The position numbers and the translations under genes were made by a program. A DNA stretch of 63,978 bases, counting the filler, from Octopus bimaculoides (Eukaryota), in the NCBI RefSeq assembly GCF_001194135.2. It is 5 parts of 5 records of this genome, joined end to end, with 100 filler letters (N's around TTAATTAATTAA, not from the genome) between each part and the next. Parts side by side here need not be neighbours in the genome. Positions count along the whole stretch, not along the records: positions 52,111 to 61,920 come from NC_068990.1; positions 62,021 to 63,978 come from NW_026346005.1; 3 more parts are not named here. The stretch is one strand, 5' to 3'. Positions 54,180 through 63,978 of the stretch are shown one piece after another. The notes beneath the pieces were generated by a model, which made no database searches, was not told the origin of the DNA, and worked only from the letters and a program-made list of their open reading frames with translations. Numbering within the stretch: position 1 is the stretch's first letter; each line of letters starts with the position of its first letter.

Positions 54180-54650
54180 CGCGGATTCTATCCCTTCATC
54201 GTGGTCATTATTAGGATATAAGGAAGAAACATACATGGTTACCAAAAAAACAGTTTCGACAAGGCTTCGATGCTTAAAAAGGTTGTTGATTTTAGACACA
54301 AAATCAAGAGTATCCAGAATATAGGAACTTGATCTTTTTGCAACAGGGAGTAGGAAGCCATACAGCCATTCCGAAATCTTGGCTGTACAGCATCCATATC
54401 TGCTGCAAATTGAGCGCATTGGCGGAAATCTTTGGAACATTTTGTGTATTTTAGGGAGACGATAAAATATAGGCGTTCTTCTTTCTGACCGTAAAATCTT
54501 GGACGCTGGTTGCTCCCGTTGATATTTTAGATTTGAATTTCTAGAATTTTGAATTTTTATTACTTCTTATTTTGAACTCGACAAAGACAAGCTTGCAGTC
54601 GAAATATCGCTCAACCAATAAAATATCTATTGCAATCGCATCGCGCTCTT
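54180..54650 (-). mobile_element. Penelope-like element family 2, RT N-terminal fragment
   Basis: PPMRSICSRYGCCTAKISEWLYGFLLP...SSYILDTLDFVSKI...LVTMYVSSLYPNNDHDEGIE, a PIVS...DVxSLYxNIxHDEG-type PLE RT. Confidence 0.85.
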
Positions 54651-54665
54651 GGACTTGTCTATTGC

Positions 54666-54729
<64 letters not shown>

Positions 54730-54744
54730 ACTATTATTATTACA

Positions 54745-54960
54745 AGACAGTGAGCTAGCAGAATCGTAGCACGTCAGACAAAATGCTTAGCGGCATTTCG
54801 TCTGTATTTGCGTTCTTAGTTCCAATGCCGCTGACGTCGACTTTGTTTTCACCATTCCAAGGTCGATAAAATAAGTACCAGTTGAACTCTGTAGTCGACG
54901 TAATCGACTTATCTCAACTCCTAAAATTTGCTGGCCTTGTGCCAAAATTTGAAACCATTA
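54745..54960 (+). mobile_element. SINE family D monomer
   Basis: gagctagcagaatcgtagcacg...gtcgataaaataagtaccag...ggccttgtgcc. Confidence 0.7.
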
Positions 54961-55779
54961 CAACACCGATTATTGTACACTAACTGCTTACTACCATATA
55001 ATCTTTAACCACTGATACTAGTATAATAATTTCGTCTTCGATGTTATAACGTTCAATATTACTGTATTTAGCATCTAATATTATTGTACTTAATGTCTTA
55101 TTTAATATATCAATGTTCCCGACACAGAATCTTTGCACTCACATCATCCCTAAACTATTTTGTTGAAACAGCTACAATTAAAATTTGTCCTTCCAAATCA
55201 TTAACTATGATGGCAACATGATTGAACGTGGTGTAAAATGAGCAAGCATAAGAGAAAGAACGGAATCCATTCTTACTTATATACAGTATATAATCACATT
55301 TGTTAAAAGGTAGAGAATCATTATAAACATTGAATTCCAAGTTCTGGGGTGCAAAGAATCTACTACTGATGTAGATAGGAACGCTGACATTAAGCTCTGT
55401 GAATATCAAATTAAAAAGATTACTATGACATTTCTATCAATTGCAGTCAATTTCAATTGTCTCCAGTCACTGGAATGCTGAAAATTTTATTTTGGATTCT
55501 TCAAAGACAGTTTGTCTAGCATTTATCATTCACGTAATGTATTAAGACGAACTTTCACCAATGCAGCTATGCTATGTGAAATCACGTCACTATTGATGAC
55601 AGTTACTCATTTAATCTACATTTTCATTAAATTATCGCTAGTTGCACAAGAGTTAGATGTATCTTTTATTCATCTGCGACAAATGATTATTCAGTGCATT
55701 GCATAATAACTATGACGTCATCATCGGTTTTGACTCGATTCACCAGGTTTATATCTATGTTCTCCTAAAGATTATCAAC

Positions 55780-55851
55780 GTCTTCGTCATTGGCGTCTCA
55801 TCATCACCATCGCCGACACCACCACCACCACCACCACCACCACCACCCTAC

Positions 55852-55888
<37 letters not shown>

Positions 55889-55925
55889 TCTCATTATCTC
55901 CATCATGATCATCATCATTGTCTTC
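55780..55925. repeat. (CAC)n(CAT)n trinucleotide tract
   Basis: Direct inspection. Confidence 0.9.
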
Positions 55926-56663
55926 CTTGTTGTAGCATTTACCATTATCAACAACATAATTTGATGTCACCCATCTTTGGTGTAATTGCTTTCGTTCTCA
56001 CTACTGTTGCGAAAACAATAATTGCAATGTGAGATACATTTTCAGAATTTATAGAGTGAAACAATTATAACCGCGCTGACATCTTCATCAAGAATGTCTC
56101 TAGTTACTCCGATTACTGATGCTTTTCTTTCACAAATAAATGACGGCATCAATGAGAGGCGGATTGAATACTTTGCTGCATTCGTCCAATTGTTTGCATT
56201 CTAGGTTCACATCTCACACAGACAGATCGCCTTTGCTTTCCATCCATTTGCGGTTGATATATAAAGTATCAGTCTCTTCACTTCATTCTCTTTTCTACTT
56301 GGATTATATATATGTAATTCAAAGCTACAGCCTTGTTAAACTGTGCCACATTGAATCACACTACCTATTGCATCAGGTGAGCACACATCTGAAGAATATT
56401 CACCCATTTACACGTTAAATTCGTGCGTAGAAATGTAAACAACTGAATACTCATTACCCAGACTAATGAAGGCTCCATCATTTAATAATATGATTAAATA
56501 TAAAATAGTTTGTATTGGTTCGATGAGGCGAAACATTATCTTGTGGCATTAGAATCACACTGATACATTTTGTTTCGGTGCTCATATCACACAACTATTT
56601 CAAAAAACTGCAGTCATTTAAATCTGCTGTGGACTATAATATTGCAATTATTTTGTGAATATT

Positions 56664-57040
56664 GCAATGGCCCAGTGGTTAGGGCCGCAGACTCGCGGTC
56701 ATAGGATCGCGGTTTCGATTCCCAGACCGGGCGTTGTGAGTGTTTATTGAGCGAAAACACCTAAAAGCTCCACGAGGCTCCGGCAGGGGGTGGTGGCGAA
56801 CCCTGCTGTACTCTTTCTCCACAACTTTCTCTCACTCTTACTTCCTGTTTCTGTTGTGCCTGTAATTCAAAGGGTCAGCCTTGTCACGCTGTGTCACGCT
56901 GAATATCCCCGAGAACTACGTTAAGGGTACACGTGTCTGTGGAGTGCTCAGCCACTTGCACGTTAATTTCACGAGCAGGCTGTTCTGTTGATCGGATCAA
57001 CTGGAACACTCGACGTCGTAAGCGATGGAGTGCCAACAAC
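56664..57040 (+). mobile_element. tRNA-derived SINE, family A
   Basis: Colinear and highly similar to 374-763, slightly 5'-truncated. Confidence 0.85.
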
Positions 57041-57714
57041 CTTTCATGATACAACATTATACATCTTCATATGAACTTCGCGTTTCTTGGATCAATTTCA
57101 CCGATTTGGAATTTATATCATGGATAATCACTATAATTTCATTACAGAACCATAATGGTTTACGAACAAAAATATTGTTAAACTAATGGCAATATGGAAC
57201 TTAAACACTGTATCGTTACCATCAGTCACTTGAAAATACTCTCCAAATTTCATTTTAGCGTCCATGTTTTTTACCGATCGTTACCTGTTCTTTAATCAAA
57301 CTTTATTCAAATCAGTTCCTTCAACAATGTATTTTCTTTTCTTGTCATTCAGGAATATATCCTTTAAATATCGACCCATTCTAAATATTAACCATCTTAT
57401 CGATTTTGTCGTAGTAGAATACAAAGAGCAAACCGTTTTTATGAGGACTAACACATCAAAACGTTTATAACCCTTGACAAAATGCTCTTTCTTTACACAG
57501 ATACCCATGCACAAAAATAAAAAGAAAAAATGATATGCTAAATGTGATTAAAACGATATATCAATATAATCAAAGCAACACTGAATTGAAATCAACTACG
57601 ATGTTAACATGACAAAAGAAAGCATCACAGTCGTACTAGTTATACTTGAATCATTTAAATTTGCTAAATGACTACAAAACAAAAACATACGCATTATCAA
57701 GAACGAAAAGAATA

Positions 57715-57806
<92 letters not shown>

Positions 57807-57947
57807 TGTGTGTGCTGTTGTCGTGTTATTTCTGCGTATTAACCTCTTCTCTACTGAATATATGTGGGCGGTTACAAGAGTGTTTGAGGGTACATGAGAG
57901 TTCATGAATATGAACTGAGGATTCTCACACAAGTCATCTATCTATCA

Positions 57948-57990
<43 letters not shown>

Positions 57991-58138
57991 CATCTACTTA
58001 TCTCTCTAAGTACCTATTTACCTATCTACCTATCAATCTATTTATCTATCTGTATGTCTATCAACATCATCCTACTACTGCACACTATCGTTCTCCTTTC
58101 TACCATGCTGACAATGCAGGATGTAAATTGCGTAGCTG

Positions 58139-58178
<40 letters not shown>

Positions 58179-58495
58179 CGGCAAATATTATGCCACGCTT
58201 TGTTGAAGAGATGAACAGATTATATCATGATACCTGGGTAATTGCCTCACGAAACGATGATAGTTATCTTCTGAAACATTTCTGTTTTATAAAGTTTAAA
58301 ATGCCAATTACACTACATGTATTTATCATTATTATATTGTGACAAAATTTGCACGTTAACCCACCTGGAGTTTTGATGACATGTGTTTAACTGCAATGTT
58401 ACACTATATATACAAACAATGACGCACACATATAATATATATACATACATTACATACATGCATATACGTGTGTGTACATCTGCTTGAATATGTAC

Positions 58496-58539
<44 letters not shown>

Positions 58540-58541
<2 letters not shown>

Positions 58542-59682
58542 TTGAAATAAATACGGAAAACAAATTGCTCTCATTTCTCTTCATAGTTCTTTCCACGCTC
58601 TATTAAAGGCCATTTCATCAGAAGAAGCAAGTCGAGGACCTTCTGTGATTCGCTCTGGACCTCAACAACTCTGCTAAAACGACAACCTATGAGCTGTATT
58701 TTGATTTGGGGGAAGCGATGGAAGTTCGCAGGAACTAAATTTGGTGAAGAATCCAGTTCTTCGCGCTCCACAGGTGCGGTTACTTTCGCCGAATGTCCTC
58801 TCTGAAAAGCTTTAAAACTTCGCAGTTGATGATCAGACCTTGTGAGAAGATTTCTTGATGAACAATAATGCGGATGTCAATAAAAAAAAAAAGAAAAAAA
58901 ACCATGAACATGCTCTTGCTTGAGCTGCGGCTCTGTCATGCCTTCTTAAGTTGTGGAGATGAAAGGCTCTTCCATTGTGATGATTACTGCTTCCTTTCTG
59001 GGTCGTACCATAGAACTAACTCATGCCACTGTTGATGATCCTCTATATATAACAGATAAATCATCTGCGTCACGCTGACAGAGACCTTGACAGACTTCGA
59101 AGTGATGTTCTTTCTGCTTAGTGGTCAGCTAAGGACAAACTTGGTAGAGACATGCCACACATTCAATTCAGGAGTTAGGATTGCTTGCACGAACCCATAC
59201 AAGAGACCAACAACATCAGTAATGCCGTTGATTGTCCGACGACGACCCCCTTGCACAAACTGATGAATTTTCCCCACATTTCCGGGGTTGACGCTCGTAC
59301 CAGCTCTTCCAGTTCGCTCATCGTCTTCTAGAAGCATTCTTCCGCTTTTGAAGCACATGTACCACTTGAAACATTTCGTGCGAGCTATTGCCTCATCGCT
59401 GTAAGCTTGCCGAAGTATGCTCGATGTCTTTGTAACAGGCTTTCCAAGTTTAACGCAAATTTCACGTTGGCTCTTTGCTCCAACTTCCTGTCCATGACAG
59501 AAATTTCAATCTACAACATACACGTGATCACAAAATCGGAAATTTTGCAACTTGCGAAGTAAACACAGCAATATCACTTGGCACACTACCTCACGAAGCT
59601 CACTGCTAACTCTCATAAAGTACGCAATCATGTACTGCCATCTGTCGGCGGGCTACAGAGCTAGTCTAGGAACGTTTTGACA
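58540..59682 (-). mobile_element. Decayed near-full-length mariner transposon
   Basis: FKSGRMLLEDDERTGR...RRRTINGITDVVGL...HVSTKFV and SPNLVPANFHRFPQIKIQLIGCRF (YSPDLAP-like); TIR-like ctagtctaggaacgttttga at ~59661-59680. Confidence 0.85.
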
Positions 59683-59885
59683 CCATAGTCCATGCTTTTC
59701 GTATGCAAGCCGGCGGGGCTCTCTCTGAGCACTCTAAGTTTTTCACAGTGAACGTACCGGCCGCCTCGGACACTCGGCGAAGAGCACCCTCGGAGGAACC
59801 GTGCGGGCCGAAACGACCGGGAGGTGGACGCGCTACCGAAACGCGTGCGAGCGGCGATGCCCCGGGCGACGCTCGACCCCCGTTT
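59683..59885 (-). rRNA. 18S rRNA fragment (V4/ES6 region), dispersed copy or misjoin
   Basis: Reverse complement contains GGTGCTCTTCGCCGAGTGTCC...GTTCACTGTGAAAAACTTAGAGTGCTCA...GCATGGACTATGG, matching the conserved eukaryotic 18S motifs GTTTACTTTGAAAAAATTAGAGTG and GCATGGAATAATGG. Strongly GC-rich against AT-rich surroundings; ends at an N gap. Confidence 0.85.
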
Positions 59886-61288
59886 NNNNNNNNNNNNNNN
59901 NNNNNNNNNNNNNNNNNNNNNNNNNNNNNNNNNNNNNNNNNNNNNNNNNNNNNNNNNNNNNNNNNNNNNNNNNNNNNNNNNNNNNNNNNNNNNNNNNNNN
60001 NNNNNNNNNNNNNNNNNNNNNNNNNNNNNNNNNNNNNNNNNNNNNNNNNNNNNNNNNNNNNNNNNNNNNNNNNNNNNNNNNNNNNNNNNNNNNNNNNNNN
60101 NNNNNNNNNNNNNNNNNNNNNNNNNNNNNNNNNNNNNNNNNNNNNNNNNNNNNNNNNNNNNNNATATATATATATGCACCGACATATAAAAGCATACACA
60201 CATACTTACTTATGCAATACTTTTGCCGTTCTACATTTTCTCAAGAATAAATACTTTTTCTTTGAACTAAGGTCTGTCTCTTAATGAAGCTGCACATCAA
60301 TACTAAAAGCATCACTTCGAATTTGGTTTATCAAGTTTCTAGATAACATTTCGCTCTTAGATCCCAATGATGTCTTCGTTTATACTGAAACTGTCTTTAT
60401 TCCACTTAGAAATAGTTATAGATAGAATTAAAAAATAATCTCTAATAAACTCATCATTTCACCTGAAATAGTTTAATAATCATCATATGCAATAATCCAA
60501 ACGCTGGTTGTCATTTTTTATGCAGATTACATTTTGTTCGATATAAATATAGGTGCATTAATCCAAAAGAAAATGCTTCGTGCGAAGGTGAAATCAAAAA
60601 CGGTAAAGGTAAAGGCAACCTTGCGGCTTACACGCCTTCATCAGACAGATAAAGGCTAAAGAGTGAAAATTTCGAACTCACTGTCAACCATTTCTTTACA
60701 AAAGTTTTAATTTAGAGACCTGTAATCTACTATAAAGCATTGTGTGATCCTTCACTATGTTAGATTATATATNNNNNNNNNNNNNNNNNNNNNNNNNNNN
60801 NNNNNNNNNNNNNNNNNNNNNNNNNNNNNNNNNNNNNNNNNNNNNNNNNNNNNNNNNNNNNNNNNNNNNNNNNNNNNNNNNNNNNNNNNNNNNNNNNNNN
60901 NNNNNNNNNNNNNNNNNNNNNNNNNNNNNNNNNNNNNNNNNNNNNNNNNNNNNNNNNNNNNNNNNNNNNNNNNNNNNNNNNNNNNNNNNNNNNNNNNNNN
61001 NNNNNNNNNNNNNNNNNNNNNNNNNNNNNNNNNNNNNNNNNNNNNNNNNNNNNNNNNNNNNNNNNNNNNNNNNNNNNNNNNNNNNNNNNNNNNNNNNNNN
61101 NNNNNNNNNNNNNNNNNNNNNNNNNNNNNNNNNNNNNNNNNNNNNNNNNNNNNNNNNNNNNNNNNNNNNNNNNNNNNNNNNNNNNNNNNNNNNNNNNNNN
61201 NNNNNNNNNNNNNNNNNNNNNNNNNNNNNNNNNNNNNNNNNNNNNNNNNNNNNNNNNNNNNNNNNNNNNNNNNNNNNNNNNNNNNNNN

Positions 61289-61325
<37 letters not shown>

Positions 61326-63077
61326 TATGGAAATACGTTTCGCAATTCGTTTAGCAAGATTCCTGATGTGAAATCGTGTGTTGAAACATCCCGAAATACA
61401 ACAATATATGTAAATACACACACACACACACGCATACACATATATACAGTCAGGGCTGCTACATCCTATTTTCAGTTAACTGTATATATAGCAATTTTCC
61501 ACATCTATTTGAGTAGACGGGTGTTTCTTTATCGCTATATTAATGACAATGTTTAGTTATGTTCAATATAAAATTGGTTTGAAAGACTTCTGTAAATAGA
61601 TAGTGTTCTGTGTCTACTTCATTTCTTTTGCAACTTGAATTTTTCTTGCCAGCTCCCAGACCGTCGAACTGTATATATACCTGTCTATCCGAAACGGTTA
61701 ACCTTGCCCCTTCTCTCTCCCCCTCTATTCCTCCTCTCTCTCTCCCTCTCCGCACCTCTCTCTATCTGCCTCTCTCTCATCTTGTCTCTCCTTCTCTCTC
61801 TCTCTCTCTGCTTGTCTCTTTCTCTGCCTCCCTCTTTCCCGATTCCCTCTTTCTATGCATCTCTCTCTCATTGCCCTCTCTATGATTCTCCTTCTCTCTT
61901 TCAATCTGTCTGTCTGTCTANNNNNNNNNNNNNNNNNNNNNNNNNNNNNNNNNNNNNNNNNNNNTTAATTAATTAANNNNNNNNNNNNNNNNNNNNNNNN
62001 NNNNNNNNNNNNNNNNNNNNGCCTCTTCAGAGATTCACAAAGGGTTTCATACAAATGTAGAACAAGAGGTCAAAACAGAGGTGTGGTAGGGACCAGGAGA
62101 AAAACAACAGCAAAAATAAGATAGAAATAAAAATTAAAAATAAAATTAATATCAAAATATAAATAAAAATAAAAATAAAAATAAAAATAAGGGTACAGCA
62201 GGAAAAAAAAAATAATAATAATAAAGAATACATAAATGAAGGTATAGCATGTGGGACATGCAAAAATATAAAAAAGATATATGTCAAAAAGCCCTTAAAA
62301 ATACAAGGCACCCAAAAAGCCTACAAACATTATAGATAGGTCGCTATAGGCACTCCAATGCATATCTATATGTGTGGGTTCGTGTGCACAGCCTTACTCG
62401 GATGTCCCCTTACTCTCATGTGTGCATATACANNNNNNNNNNNNNNNNNNNNNNNNNNNNNNNNNNNNNNNNNNNNNNNNNNNNNNNNNNNNNNNNNNNN
62501 NNNNNNNNNNNNNNNNNNNNNNNNNNNNNNNNNNNNNNNNNNNNNNNNNNNNNNNNNNNNNNNNNNNNNNNNNNNNNNNNNNNNNNAAGTTTTGTTGAGT
62601 GTGTCTGTGTCATTTCTGTATATATTGGAAGGTTCTATGTAGAAGTTCATTTTATACAAGTTATTAATGTTCTAGTAGCAATAACAGTGATGGTGACGAT
62701 GACGGTGACAACAACAACAACAATAACAACAACAACAACAACAACAATAATATGCCAAACTTTCAAACTTAGCGGTGTAAGATATCCTGTTGCCTCTTCC
62801 AACGGCTCTACCATTCTGCTGCTAATGGGGGAGGGTTAATTACTACCGTTAACTTCCTCCTTCCAATTGGGCAACTATTGTTTTAAACTGCCTACGCTTA
62901 GCTACGGTTGGATAGCCACTGGCCGGTCCGACGTGCTTGTATATATATGTAGTTATATGCTTAAATATGTATATAAAGAAAGAGGGGCTCGAAAAAAGGT
63001 ACGGAAGAAAAATATTCACGAACACACTTGAATTTTTGTCAAGAATAGGAAAACAAAACCGGAATTATTTTCTATTC

Positions 63078-63453
63078 TAGGCACAAGACCCGAAATTCTG
63101 GGGGAGGTGGTCAGTCGATTAGACCGACCCCTGTACGCAACTGGTACTTAATTTATCAACTCAGAATGTAAAGATTCATGAAATACCGCTAGACATATCG
63201 CCCGGCGTGCTAACGTTTCTTATCTCTTTATTGTCCACAAGGAGCTAAACATAGAGGGGACAAACAAGGACAGACAAAGGGATTAAGTTGATTACATCGA
63301 ACTCAGTGCGTAACTAGTACTTAATGTATCGACCTCGAAAGGTTGAAAGGCAAAGTCGACTTCGGTGGAATTTGAACTCAGAACGTAACGGCAGACGAAA
63401 TACTGCTAAGCATTTTGCCCGGCGTGCTAACGTTTCTGCCAGCACGCCGCCTT
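63078..63453 (-). mobile_element. Dimeric SINE (family D)
   Basis: Same two-monomer layout, junction gctaacgtttcttatctctttattgtccacaagg (~63209-63242). Confidence 0.8.
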
Positions 63454-63978
63454 GAAAGCAAAACCGGAAATTGACTAAAGAATGATGTACACCGCTATTC
63501 TCTTGCCGTGGGTGTTAAAATGTCAGTCAGGAATGCATAAAATATTCAGAAGTACTGCTTTGAGAGATTAAACTATTTATTGTCCAAATGGTCTTTTAAC
63601 CAACAGAGTTGTACGTTTGTCGCCATATGTTAGAATTTAAATATAATCTCATTGTCCAGATGAGACAAATATAATGGTTTCTAAATTTAGAAAGATTCTC
63701 TCGAATTCTACTCAAATATGTCTTTAATGCTTTAGCATGTTTAAGCTATACACAAAAAAAAATGTTCTGTAACTGAATATTTTTAACATTTCATTTAGTA
63801 CAAACATATTTTTATCATTTTATAGATAATGTAATGGGGGTCTTTTTCTCATATGATATATGCATCTGCACATTGATATGTATCAATATTCGCTTGATTT
63901 CTCATGCAGTCATACATGGAGATATTTACACTACAGATACGCATGCATATACATAACCATACAAGTATATATATATAT

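Noticed and set aside
60620-60648. CUGAUGA-AGGC...GCC on the - strand
   Set aside because: Followed by GCAAGG rather than GAAAC; too degenerate to call.

Overview
AT-rich, repeat-dominated eukaryotic scaffold with many N gaps. The tRNA-derived SINE families, dense (TA)n/(CA)n microsatellites and divergent GC-rich 18S fragment suggest an octopus (coleoid cephalopod) genome; this is inferred, not verified. Host coding content is small. Three phase-compatible + strand exons (11713/11740-11930, 19304-19511, 21780-21910) encode the N-terminal ~177 aa of an unidentified armadillo/HEAT-repeat protein whose remaining exons I could not locate. A weaker four-exon candidate on the - strand (1652-2330) would be head-to-head with it. 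The rest is mobile DNA: several SINE families, three mariner relics, a pogo/Tigger-like element with a nested mariner, a hAT MITE, a non-autonomous Helitron, R4/Dong-like LINE fragments and Penelope-like elements (PLEs). The most notable signals are minimal hammerhead-ribozyme motifs with palindromic stem III beside (TA)n tracts (34796-34852 and 42640-42723, - strand), an 18S rDNA V4 fragment fused to a mariner end (59683-59885), two different PLE lineages abutting at a microsatellite, and a recurrent fixed-junction dimeric SINE. No CRISPR arrays or intact tRNA genes are supported. Most listed ORFs are microsatellite or N-gap artefacts.
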